Positions 1 through 12,734 of a stretch of 64,000 nt of DNA are shown here, one piece after another. Origin of the DNA: Lytechinus pictus. Its lineage: Eukaryota. The notes under the pieces are model-generated. The model made no database searches, was not told where the DNA came from, and was given only the letters and a program-made list of their open reading frames with translations. Every line of letters begins with the position of its first letter. Position 1 is the stretch's first letter. Both the position numbers and the translations under genes were made by a program. The stretch lies in the NCBI RefSeq assembly GCF_037042905.1, contig NC_087263.1, forward strand, positions 8,992,001 through 9,056,000, in the 5' to 3' direction.

Positions 1-1672
1 CATGATGTAAAACAGTTTTTTAACTGATCTTGTCATCCTGAATAAATATATTTGAATAAATAAATAAATAAAAATGTGGGACTGAAACCAGTGTTCTCCC
101 AAATACATGTAAAAAAATTATATAAATGGAATGCTGTGGAATGAATGTGCATATAATTCGCGTATTGGTGTCTACGTCACGAAATAGATAATTTTAACGT
201 TGCATCGTTTAAATGCATTCTCTTTACGTTTAAAAAGTACATTGCTTGCGTTTTAGAAAAAATACACTTTTAGTTCACGTCAATTCGAATCGCAAGAGAA
301 AGAAAAGTATATTTTCACATAAATATCTTATGTGAAAAATTTCAAAAATCAATAAGATAAGGCGAAGTGTCAGAAGCTGTAGCTTTCTATGAGGCTTTTA
401 AGTGCGGAAATTGATTAACAAAAAAAAAATTAATGATCTTACCATCAATGATATCCAAGAACAACAAGTGTACGACGTGCCTCTTTCCGAAGTAAGTTTA
501 GATAGTTGTGTCCTTTTCAATGGAAATGACTTCGTATAAGCCCTTCACAGTTATAACTGCGCATGAGCAATAAACGGTCATGACGCTTGTCATATTATAC
601 TCATATAAACATTCGTGATTAGATGATTAATCCTTTAAAAACATTATTGCTGTCACATCCACTATAGAGTTACTATGTTTGTCCTCATTTATTTTTGGCA
701 GGAGCCCAAATGATTGTCAATGTGCCAAAAGCGGACAATACTGTTACACCAAATACATGTAGTTTGGAAACTTGATCACTGACGTATACTATTCTTGTCA
801 CCTGGTCTTTCTTCCATAGAATTTGAATAGCAGAAGATGATATGTCTGGACTGGAAAGTTTATACATCTTCACTTCAAAGTGCTGGTGCAAAGTGTTAGT
901 AAAAATGAGAAAAGGTCATTTGCGAAAAGTTTATTTGAGTAATTTTGAACTGGCTTGCTTTGTCCAGATAAAAATGCGTGCCATGCAATTTCCAACCTGA
1001 TATGTAATAATCTTGAATATAATTTTTGTACAGGGATACTTGAAATATGTTTTGTTATATTTGTATGTCAAAATGTACAAAACAAACTGTAATTGTTGAA
1101 AATGGAAATAAACGAAATGAAATGAAGTGCTGGTGCACAGTGTTAGTAAAAATGAGAAAAGGTCATTTGCTAAAACTTAAAAGTTGATTTGAGTAATAGT
1201 GAAATGGCTTGTTTTGTCCGGATAATAATGCGTGCCATGCGCCTCGCGGCACTGCTGCTGTTTTCACCCTTTGGCGCTCGCGCAAGCCCAGTAGGATGAC
1301 ATCATGAACGTATAAATAGTCAGTCCTACCAATTAACGAAGACATTGGTATGTCATTTGTAATAATAACGTGAATCAAATTGGTTGGTAAGGGGGTCAGC
1401 TGCGCTGGTGTGTTAGAAGTATACATCTGATAGAGCCATTTTGATGGACAGCATCGGCTGAAGGAAGACCCAGATGACTCGGTAGGTGAAGCGAATTATG
1501 ACCCAGATCACTCGTGAGGTCAAGCATCGATCAACTTGATATATCCTGGGGGTAGCTTCAAGTTGCCTAATTAATATTTTGGTGCTGGTCGTCTCATTAG
1601 CCTCAATCAGATCGCATCCTAGACGGAATGGATTAAACTTCCAATGATATTCATCTTCTCAAAACCAAATCG

Positions 1673-1908
1673 TACTCTCTAAATTCCAAGGATTTTAAGT
1701 AAATCCAGATCGGCTGTGAAAAGTCACCAGGCAAATACTAGAATTAGATTTAGACCTGGTTGATTTTAATATAGTCTAATAGATTTGAATTCAAATCTTT
1801 TGAGATATAAAAGTTAATCCTTAAGATTTAAAATAAATTCAGAATTCGGCTGGTCACTATTCACAGCCGATCTGGATTTATTTTGAAATCCTTGAAATTT
1901 AGAGTGTA
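1673..1908. mobile_element. Palindromic MITE (duplicated at 4228-4464; degenerate copy near 56468-56680)
   Basis: Long imperfect TIRs TAC(A/T)CTCTAA...TAAATCCAGATCGGCTGTGAA / TTCACAGCCGATCTGGATTTA...TTAGAGTGTA. Confidence 0.8.
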
Positions 1909-2652
1909 GGCTGTCTAAGTCAAAGGAAGTTCATTCGGAGGAAAGGAAAGGTCTGAGTAGTAGGGCCTTACCTCCGACTGGGCTTCTTTCGACCAAAACA
2001 GCCATACGTTATGGTTTTGATAAAATAAAATAATATCTTTTGAATTTTAATCTATGCATAAAAGAACATTACTCCTACTGGGATCCCACGTGTGAACGAG
2101 GGTAGTACAAGTAAAATGGCCTGTGGTGTTCAGCAGGGGACGGGAGTCTGTTGACTGCACAGCTGGGAATTTGTGTTTGTGATCATTAGCCCGGCCATGA
2201 ACTGTTTTCGATTTGTCTTCGAGGGAGCAAAGCAACCGAGCGAAACAAAATCGTATATCAATTGTAATGTATTTCCCATGACACGTGTAAACACAAAGCC
2301 TGTGATTTCGTTTTAGGGTCTACATTGGGGGGACAAGACATCGAATTCAACAGAATGTGGTGACCAAACATTAAGGACACTTTTTATCACTTCAAACTCA
2401 ATGGAGGCCTACAACTTTTCAAATCCCTTAATTGAATACTGATGACATAATTTGAAATATGAAAAATAATTCCACTGCAACCCCTGCACAAGTCAACGCG
2501 ACAACGACATGCAGTCGGACATTCATTTATGTAAAACTGTTAGCAAAGTGAGTTATTTCAATTGAAATACCAAAAATCGAAATTTCATCCTATCACTTGG
2601 GGGAAAAAAATTATATTAGTCTTGCTCATTATAACATTGCGTGCTTCGCTTG

Positions 2653-2946
2653 GAAGCGCCGTGGTGTAGCGATTCTGACTCTCGCCTTGTAATCAGAGGG
2701 TCGTGTGTTCGAATCCCACCATGGCCCAGCGCCCTTTGGCAAGGCGTCGATCCACACTTTGCCACTCTCACCCAGGTGCTAATTGGGTACCGGTATAGGA
2801 AACAACCGTTGTGGTTTAGCAAGTGTGCGCCTAACAGGCTGCTTGGAATGCTATGAATCCATTGACAGGGTAATAATAATTGTGAAGCGCTTTGAACAGT
2901 CGTAGATTGATAAAGCGCTATATAAATGCCAATTATTATTATTATT
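2653..2946 (+). mobile_element. tRNA-derived SINE
   Basis: A-box-like GTGGTGTAGCG, B-box GTTCGAATCC, central CCCAGGTG...TGGGTACC motif (MetaSINE-like), (ATT)n tail. Confidence 0.85.
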
Positions 2947-3397
2947 ACGCTTCATTGATCCCAGCAAGGTCTTATAGAATACACATTATATCATAATCAT
3001 TAATGCACGGCTCAACAAAGTTTGCAACTACAAGCAAAGCAAATGTTATAATATTTCCTTAAAATGATAGATAATTCATAAGATTATAAGATAGACAGGT
3101 TGGGCACTGTTATATTACGGTGGTTTCAATGCATACTGTAATTCCTGTATTTACAATACCAATTCTTATTAAGCAATTTACACGATGAATTAGACTTTAC
3201 ACAATAATAAGATAAGGGAATGAATATGGTACATGATTTGAGAACTTGTCCTCAGAAACGGATTTTGAATTCTCTGTTTTGCCACATCATGGGCACTGAC
3301 GGAGAGTGTGACTTTACCTTTCATTATACGCTCCTTTAAAGTCTAAGATTTTTATTTCTACTGCTTTTTTACTAAACAAATTGTGATTATATATATG

Positions 3398-3434
<37 letters not shown>

Positions 3435-3496
3435 TGAATAGCAGAAGATGTTATGTATGGACTGGAAAGTTTGTACCACATCTTCACTTCAAAGTG

Positions 3497-3714
3497 AAGA
3501 ACATGTATTAACTACAAGAATATTTATTAGGAGGTTGCACTCTACAAGCTCCGCTTTTTAGCAGCCTCCTCCATTTCCAACCTGATATGTAATAATCTTG
3601 AATACAATTTTTGTACGGGGATACTTGAAATATGTTTTGTTATATTTATGTGTCAAAATGTACAAAACAAACTGTAATTGTTGAAAATGGAAATAAACGA
3701 AATGAAATGAAATG
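3497..3714 (+). mobile_element. 5'-truncated LINE 3' end (CR1/L2-group tail)
   Basis: Stem-loop AGGAGGTTGC...GCAGCCTCCT, AATAAA and (GAAAT)n tail. Flanked by AAGTG direct repeats. Empty site visible near 870-890. Confidence 0.7.
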
Positions 3715-4602
3715 AAGTGCTGGTACGCAGTGTTAATAAAAATGAGAAAAGGTCATTTGCTAAAACTTAAAAGTTGATTTAAGTAATAGTGAACTGGCAT
3801 GTTTTGTCCGGATAATGCGTGCCACGCGTCGCGGCACTGCTGCTGTTTTCACCCTTTGGCGCTCGCGCAAGCCCAGTATAGGATGACATATCATGAACGT
3901 AATAGTCAGTCCTACCAATTAACGAAGATATTGGTATGTCATTTGTAATAATAATGTGATTCAAATTGGTTGGTAAGGGGGTCAGCTGCGCTGGTATGTT
4001 AGAAGCATACATCTGATAAAGCCATTTTGATGGACAGCATCGGCTGAAGGAAGACCCAGATGACTCGATAGGTGAAGCGAAATAAGACCTATGACCCAGA
4101 TCACTCATGAGGTCAAGCATCGATCAACTTCATATTTTCTGGGGGTAGCTTAAAGTGGCTTAATTAATATTTGGTGCTGGTCGTCTCTGGATCCTAGTCG
4201 GATATTTATCTTCTCAAAACCAAATCGTACACTCTAACTTCCAAGGATTTTAAGTAAATCCAGATCGGCTGTGAATAAGTGACCAGCCCAATATTAGATT
4301 TAGATTTAAACCTTGTTGATTTAAATATAAATCTAAAAGAATTGAATTTAAATATTTTGAGATTTAAAAGTTAATCCTTAAGATTTAAAATAAAATCAAA
4401 ATTCGGCTGGTCACTATTCACAGCCGATCTGGATTTATTTTAAATCCTTGAAACTTAGAGTGTAGGCTGTTTAAGTCGAAGGAAGTTCAGTCGGAGGAAA
4501 GGTCGGAGTATATAGTAGGGCCTTACCTCCGACTGGGCTTCCTTCGACCAAAACAGCCATACGTCTTGGTTTTGATAAAATAAAATAATATCTTTTGAAT
4601 TT

Positions 4603-5040
4603 ATTCAATTCAATTTATTTTTATTCTTCAACATAACACAAATAAATACAAGATAAATTAATTCAATTTAAATAAAAGCATGAACAAAATTCAACATTGA
4701 ATAATTTATATACATATTCAATAAGTGATTCAAATATAAATTAACATGCGTGTCAAATTTAAATCATTATAATCAATATAATTAAATATAATCAAATCAA
4801 TATAATTATATATCACGAGAAGAATGGAGGGGTCCACTGAAAAGCAAAGCTTATAAAATGTGGACTCCTCAAAAAGTTAGGATAGAATGAATATTGAAAT
4901 ATACGTAAAGGAATACATGAAGATAACGAAAAGGGCAAAAAACAAATCTTATATACAGGATTGTGAAATTCAGAGACAAAAGACAATAACACGACACACT
5001 GACACAACACATTTTAATCCATTCACAATACAATTTCACT
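4603..5040 (-). mobile_element. LINE 3'-end fragment, antisense
   Basis: Absent from duplication copy 1. Carries GAGGGGTCCAC...GTGGACTCCTC stem-loop and a minus-strand AATAAA/(TTGAA) tail. Confidence 0.55.
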
Positions 5041-6629
5041 CCAACTGGGATCCCATGTGTGAACGAGGATAGTACAAGAAAAATGTCCTGTGGGGGTCAG
5101 CAGGGGGCGGGAGGCATCTGACTGCACAGCTGGGAATTTGTGTTTGTGATCATTAGCCCGGCCATGAACTGTTTTCGATTTGTCTTCGAGGGAGCAAAGA
5201 AACCGAGCGAAACGAAATCGTATACCAATTGTAACGTATTCCCCATGCGTGTTCATGACATGTGTAAACACAAAGCCTGTAATTTCGTTTTAGGATCTAC
5301 AGTAGGGGGAAAAGACATCGAATCCAACAGAATGTGGTGACCGAACATTAAATTTTAGGACACTTATTATAACTCCAAACTCAATGGAGGCCTGCAAAAT
5401 TTTCAAATTCCTTAATTGAATACTCATGACATAATTTGAAGATTCTAGGACATCTACCCCCTGGACATCCACCCCTCGGACATCCACCACCCGGACATCC
5501 ACCCCCTTAGGACAAGTACCCCCTAGGACACCTACCCCCGGACACAAAGGTTGGTGTTAATGCATAATGTAATTCTGTATTTACTATAATACCCACTCTT
5601 ATATCAAGCAATTTACACGATGAATTAGACTTTACACAATTAATGACAAAATAAGGGAATGATTATGGTACACGATTTAAGAACTTGTCCTCAGAAACGG
5701 ATTTTGAATTATCTTTTTTTTTGTAACATCATGGGCACTGCTGACCAGTGGCGTACCTGGCATATTTCGTCAGGGGGGGGGGGGCAAGCGACAAGGATGA
5801 GCAAGGTGGGGGGGTGGGAGTATAGGCATAGACGTATAGGCACAATTTTTTCAAGGGGGAGGCTGATAATCATTGCCCAAATATCAACTTCACAGTTTTT
5901 AATTTTCGAGCGAGCGAATCGAGCGAACATTTTTTTTCAATCATTTAGCCTTTTTACATGATGTGAAACGTGCAGAAATTATACATTCGGTCATGAAATT
6001 ACCAATACACGAGCATATTTGGGCACCTCGCAGTCCTCGTTGCCCTGAATTTTGCAGCCCACCCCCACCCCCCCCCCCCCCCCCCCTATTCACGTTTGGA
6101 TGTGTAGGTCTGGAAGTGGCACTGAAGGTGGGAAAAGTTACCCAGAGGGTGCCCAATAAAACAGTTGGGATCTTGCTACTCTTGATATTTGTTACCGGGC
6201 GATTGCACTTTCTTTTTTCGAAATCAATTCTTTTTTTTGTATATCATTCCAGAAATGAAATGTATTGGATCGTGATCGATATATTTCCAATCATGTGGTA
6301 ATTGCAATGTTTATATTAAAATACTTCTTTATTCCTCTTTGAAGGTGTTTACATTATGTTACCACCCAATTCTGCTAATTTGGAGACGTTATAAAAGAGG
6401 TATTTGACATTGAAATCAGTTGTATTCATGTAATGATTTGCATTTGTTTTATTTCCATATACACAGTTAAAACAAAAATAAATGCATCCATTCACTCATA
6501 AAAAAATAAATATGAACGTGAAAATATATGCGACAGTAACATGATACATCACTAGATATAGGAAAAATCGCTCACTCACTGGCAGGAATGTCAGAAGGTT
6601 GAAGGAATTGAAATTAATAAAAATAATAA

Positions 6630-7670
6630 TTGCGAGCGCAAAGCGCGAGCTAAAAATGTTGATATTCCTACCTGGACACTAGACATTCTAAGCAGTTTTA
6701 CAGCATGGGTATCTAAACAGTCGTGCGGGGCGAAGCGCGAGCTAAAACTTTTGATATTCCGACTTAAGAAATGGATATTCTATAAGCACTTTTAGTAACT
6801 ATGAACAAATTAGTTTCTAACTGAATAATTAATTGATGCGAGCGCGAAGAGCGAGCTGAAAATTTGAGATATTCCCCCCCTGAAAAGTGGACATTCTAAA
6901 CACCTTTTTTTTTTAACTATGAACAAGATGGTAGTTAAAAACAATTAAAAACACTCAACCCAGGTGAGGTGAATGGGTACCTGGCAGGAATTTATTCCTT
7001 GAAATGCGTGTGCGCTGTAATCTTAGTAATTACGGCTGCCAAGCTACAGCTGGGGTAATAATATCCAAGTCCTTTGGAAGCGCATAGAGACATTATTCAT
7101 AATTGTGATATGCGCTATACAAGAACTGTTAAAAATTATTATTATTATTAATTGGTGAGAGCGCGAGCTGAAAATTTTTGATATTTCGACCTGAAAACTT
7201 TTCATTCTAAGCACTTCATTTAATTATGAACAGGATGGAATTTTATGCGAGTGCAAAGCTCGAGTAAAATTTTTTGATATTCCGACCTAAAAACCTGATA
7301 TTCTAAGCACTTCATTTAACTATGAACAAGATGCATATACCTAAACAGTTATAAGTGAGCACAAAGCGCGAGCTGAATTTTTTGATATTCCGCCCTAAGA
7401 ACTGGATATTAAAAGCATTTTTTGTAACCGTGAACAAATTGGTTTCTGATGATATATTTTTGATGTTTTATATTCCGACCTGATTACCGGACATTCTAAG
7501 CACTTCATTTAACTATGAACAAGATGGATATACCTAAACCGTTGAATAAATTGGTTTCTTACTAATCAATTGACCTGAAAATTTTTGATATTTCAACCTG
7601 AAAACTAAACATTTTTCTAGGTATCCAACTAAAAAAATGATGCGAGCGCGTAGCGCGAGCGAAATTTATA
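6630..7670. repeat. Minisatellite inside the hAT-like element (about 100-120 bp units)
   Basis: Recurrent GCGAGCGCGAAGCGCGAGCTGAAAATTTTTGATATTCCGACCT...GACATTCTAAGCAC...AACTATGAACAAG. Confidence 0.85.
6950..7150 (+). mobile_element. 5'-truncated SINE inserted in the minisatellite
   Basis: CCCAGGTGAGGTGAATGGGTACC core and (ATT)n tail; related to the SINE at 41295-41568. Confidence 0.75.
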
Positions 7671-9328
7671 GTTATAATTATATTACCTAAAAGTTGTTAT
7701 TTACCATTTTCCTGTCCCTGGTCAGCCCAGTCCGTCCTCACTATCGGTACAGAGAGCTCTAAAAGTCGCATTGCGTAAAATTACAATTTACCGATAAAAG
7801 TGTACAGTTTAATTGACATTTACCGACAAAGATGGTGGAACTAAAAAACCGAATCAGTTGGAACAGCCCCGTGTGCCCGACTGTTTATCATTTTCCGACA
7901 GTCTGCAGTCCAGTTTTTGCTTTCCCCTTACTCTTAAACTCGTTCTTCTTTTTTCCTTCCCCTTTTTTTATCTCTTTCCTTTTTCCTCTTTTCTTTTTTC
8001 GCTTCCTTTTTTTTTGCTTGTGACTCGTCAGGGGGGCAGTCTGCCCCCCCCTTAGGTACGCTAGTGGCACTGACGAAGTGTGTGACTTTACCTTTCATTA
8101 TAGGCCTACGCTCCTTTAAAATCTAGCTTTCAATCGTATCTCTCATCTTTTACGTCTACATAGAACATGACGCGCTGCAACTCACGTTGTGCACTTCTAT
8201 TAATCTATCCACCTATCATTTATCTCTCCATCTATCTATTTATCTATCTTTCTTATATGTATCTATTTAAATATGTATGTCTATCTGCCTGTCTATTTTT
8301 CTTTCAATCTAATATACTCATTTTGTTTAAATAATTATGTCTGTTTATCTATTTATCTATCTACGGCAGACCACCTAATTCGTCCGCATGACGAATCAGT
8401 CTAGTTCCATTTAGTTTACTATTTCTAATTATATTATATTTATGAGCGGAGATGAGCATGATAAATAATTTGTAACTTTCAGGGGTTGCCACGCAGTCAA
8501 GCTTAGCTTATGGTGGAAACCCCCTGCAACCTTCTAAAAAATCGATATGTAATAGAAAATGCGATTTTATTCAATATTATTGTTTGCTTGTCAATAAATT
8601 TATTACGTGTAATATTATTGTATTTTCTATTTCAATGTGTTTATGAAAAGTTGCAGAAACCAATAAATTATATTTGTATTTGAAACATTGATCTGAAATG
8701 GTTTTCTATATATAGTCGTTGGTGCTAATAATGCAACTGTGTAAGTTATCTCCAAATCTTTGTTCAGTAATGGATCGGTCCAATGAATAATAACATGCAG
8801 CAAATAATTATGTTACAAGTCCCTTTAGATACGCTTTGGACGATATCATTGATAAAAAAATCAGAAAAAAGATCAGGACCACAATGGAATTCTAATATGG
8901 AGATTAATTGAGATTAATCGGTTGCGATTGAAGACCATGATATCTGACAGACTGTTTTCTGTAAGATAAATAACTTACCTATCATTTTATTTATTTATTT
9001 CGTTTTATTTATACAGGATAGCCCCATTAGTATATAGTCTTGCATGTACTGTCTTCCAGGGGGTCCTGTAAACAAATATTTACAATGTAACAAACAAACA
9101 AATTACATAAGGAAAAAATTAACAGAACATCCAAAATAATCGTAAGTAAATACATGGGGAAAAAAGATGATGGTATATGCATAAGTACAATGTAGGGAAT
9201 GACGTTAATTCATCTAGATTTCAATCAGCATTACAATGAGAGGAAATTCAAATACAGTTATAAGGAATAAAAAACAACCCCGTACATTTTCATTATTTGA
9301 ATTCAGGTAACTCAATGTGAAAACTATA

Positions 9329-10298
9329 CAGTGCGTATCAAAAAAAAGTTTACACTTTGAAAAAGCCCTGGGAATTAAAAAATATACAACATGTGGGTAA
9401 TTTTTTCACATATAATCTTAGGTTTGGGTCTCATCTATATAATGAAAGTAAATTTTTTGACAGAATATTACACTTGAGTGAGCACTGTCCATTTTTGTAA
9501 AGCTCGCAGAAATCTGTTTGCGCAGAAAAGCTCGTTTTCACGCTGAGTCAAGGGAAAAGGGCGAAATCAAACTTACCCTGAGAAACATTTATCATACATT
9601 TCCCTTGCACTTTTAGTCCATTGAAATAAAACAGATACATTAAAGCATTTTGTAACAATTTTCCACCCAAATTGAAATTTCAACACTTAGTAAGCACAAC
9701 CTTTACCCTTTTTGTGCCAGCTGGATCTGAGGACATAACTGAATCTGAACAAAAGTTTATATCAGACTGTCAGACATCTCCAGCATTTTTTCACTAAGTT
9801 TTTATCATTAAAAGTGGGTGTACATTTCATTTTTCATGTAATACTCGTTTCTCCACACTTTCAAATGAAAATCAAGCCTAAGCCTTTTCATGTAAATCAC
9901 AGCTCAGTGTAAAGCAAATATCGTCACGATGGCCTCGGTGTGTGGGGGAGTGGGGTGGGGCACAATGCACTCTTCGAAGTGTTTTGGGCAAGGAAACAAG
10001 TTTAAAAAGGTAAAGAGATCTTCAAATTAATTTTTCTAGCTAAATTCCACGTGTTCTTTATGATTAAGGTCTACTTTTCTTTGCATAACTATTTCAAATT
10101 TCTGCGCAAATTATTTTTCACTAACTTTTCAAAAGTAAGTGGTGCTCACTCAAGCGAAAATATTTTTCGACAGTTATATCGCCATTTGCTTAAATGGATC
10201 TGTACCAATGTTAAAATGTGGAAAAATCTTCAGGATATTACAAATGTATAATTCTACAGGATTTTTTCTAAGTGTAAACTTTTTTTTGATACGCACTG
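9329..10298. mobile_element. Tc1/mariner-type MITE, 970 bp
   Basis: TIR CAGTGCGTATCAAAAAAAAGTTTACACTT with its reverse complement at the right end; TA on both sides. Confidence 0.9.
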
Positions 10299-12734
10299 TA
10301 TACGAGCATTTACTAGTGGAAACGTAAATATGCAAATCCTCAATTTTTTATGAAATTTACAGAGAAATTCATAATACTTCATTTTATTCCAATTCATTTT
10401 ATTCCAATATCGATAACTACAATTTAACAATTTAAGCAATAATAGTTTTTAACAATAATAATTTAAAAACAACACACAAACATACTTAGGATGAGGAGAC
10501 AATATAAAGGAAAATCATGAGCTAAGCTCCAAATACAACCTCCACACACACACGCACACGCATTCACATTTGTTTTCGATTTCATACATGTACGTGCAAC
10601 ATAATCATCAATTGAAATGTAATTTTTATATTCCCATTATACATGACTATAAGGGAAGCCTTTTTTTCCATTTCCTTCTTTACATAATTTCACTCCAGAC
10701 CTTTTTTTTGTATCGATTTGATCTTAGAAAAGATGGTTGAATAATAGTCTACTTTGCTATACTGTACTAAATTATCTTCATATTTTTTGTATTTTGTTCA
10801 TATATATTTGTTGAAGCTTTCAGATATTTTTCTCCATTGTTTTTTTTTTTTTTTTGCTTCATTGTTATTGGAATGGAATAAAGTTTTTGTTACTCAGGGT
10901 TTTTTCTAGGAAACAATATAGTTTTGAAATCAGTTCATCAACTTGCACATGAAGCTACACGTATAGATTTGTGATAAATTATCAGAATTAAATGAAATCA
11001 CACTCACACACGAAAAGTCATAAAATTGTCCCCTTTTTAACACTTCACATAAATACTAATCCTATATAGCTAATCTTTCATGATAAATGTAGCTCTCCGA
11101 GTGGAAGAACTCAGAGTTGGGTTTTGTCTTATTGTTCCATATAGTTTTTCTACAAAGAAATGAGTTATTTCTCACTCGTTTTTTACTCCGTTGGCAGCCG
11201 GGCGTCCAAGATGACTTGTTCTGTGAACACACCACACATATTTTACCAAATTAATGGTGAAATTTACAAAATCACTCTTCAGCACGTGAAAAGGGGTGAT
11301 TGTTTACTTGATTTTTCTTATAAAGTACATCTATAATTCAATAAAATCGATAACACGGTTTATATAAATATATATAAATATATAATACATTTTGTTTGGG
11401 TCTATATATGCAGCACTGGCGACTGTAAATAAGTCTACGTATTACTGAGCTTGGATGTAGCTTGCAGCTTGGCTTTCTCTCTCTGCCCTCCGTGATCCAC
11501 ATAGCATCTACAAAGCCCGGATTACACTTGTACAGTGTCTTTACATCCACACCCAAATGTGATCTTGTTTCGTACTCATCCATACACGTGATCCTTCAAT
11601 GCAGTACAGGTATGTTTATTCAGATAAATATAGCTCTTACTGATATACTTTTGACAAAATATAGTGCCAAATTACCCTTCCAATTTGTTCAGATTTGATG
11701 CAGATTCGGGCGATCTCAATATGACTGCGCGATCCGATGCATAACACGCACCGAGCGAGGGATCAGTGTGTGTCTATGGTGTACTAGTGAGTGTGTATGT
11801 GTGTGTACAAACGACGGGCAATGCGCCTTCATGCACGCTACGCACACAAAGTACAGATCATAAGTCCCCGAGTGTTCCATACTGAATGCATGTAATTATA
11901 ATGTTCGGTCATACACCAAATTTAGCCGGGGAAGCCGAAGCAGGGAAAATTTCTAGACTTCGAACCAGACGCATAAGGAGTACAAAAGCCCCACTGAGGA
12001 AAACGGATGTCTAATGATTTCCTTCCCAAGAATGAAGCTAATAGTAAAAAGGCAGCAAATTTATTAGTAATAAATTATGTTTCAAAACCATGTTCGATAT
12101 GCCTATAACTAGCTTTTGAAATATATCCATCTAATCATATAAGTTCATATATTATATAGGCTTAGGTGTTAAGTCAACGATTACAATCAAATTGTTTTTA
12201 AAATGTTGTGAATCACCTTTTGTCATCATCATTATTATTTTGTGTTTTCCTAGTATGGCCTAAAGCGCTTACAACAAGAAAAAAAATAATGTTGAAGAAT
12301 AAACTAAAGCTAAATTGGAAAATGTAAAGTCCCTTTTAAATGAAGAGGCAGATGGTGACTGTCTGGTATTACGTAGTTTCAATTTTTTCATATTTTTTCA
12401 TATGTGAGTATACATTTATATATATATATACATATATATATGTTATATATATATATTGTGTGTGTGTGTAAATTACTGACCCTTTTGTGCAATGCTGCAA
12501 TCTTTATTTGGTGGTCGCCTATTTTTTTTTTTTTATTCTAATGGCCTTTTGAAATTTTCTCCTGTGACTGGGAGTGTATGTGAACAATATATATATATAT
12601 ATATATTAGCTTAGTCGGGTAAAAATATTAGCAGGGCCCGCTGGGAGGACAGTTTTCGGAACTGAAGTGGCTACCCTGGGTAAATATACCGTTGTTATTA
12701 TTATCATTATTATTAGATAAATGCAAACAATTTG

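Larger units (their letters stand above)
823..3346. repeat. Tandem segmental duplication, copy 1 (about 2.5 kb)
   Basis: Colinear, highly similar to 3434-8127. Both copies start TTGAATAGCAGAAGATG and end near CCTTTAAA-TCTA. They differ by separate insertions. Confidence 0.9.
5746..8066. mobile_element. Non-autonomous hAT-like DNA transposon (2.3 kb)
   Basis: TIR CAGTGGCGTACCT / AGGTACGCTAGTG. Right flank GCACTGAC; left flank GCACTG(CTG)AC. The paralogous empty site near 3293 has a single GCACTGAC, consistent with an 8-bp TSD. Confidence 0.8.
3434..8127. repeat. Tandem segmental duplication, copy 2 (expanded by insertions)
   Basis: Starts right after a (TA)n tract. Matches 823-3346 apart from insertions or replacements at 3497-3714, about 4603-5040, about 5440-5545 and 5746-8066. 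Confidence 0.9.

Noticed and set aside
11700..12365. Upstream promoter or 5' exons of the MSANTD-type gene
   Set aside because: There is a CpG-richer patch and a possible acceptor at 12253, but I could not establish a convincing donor or reading-frame link.
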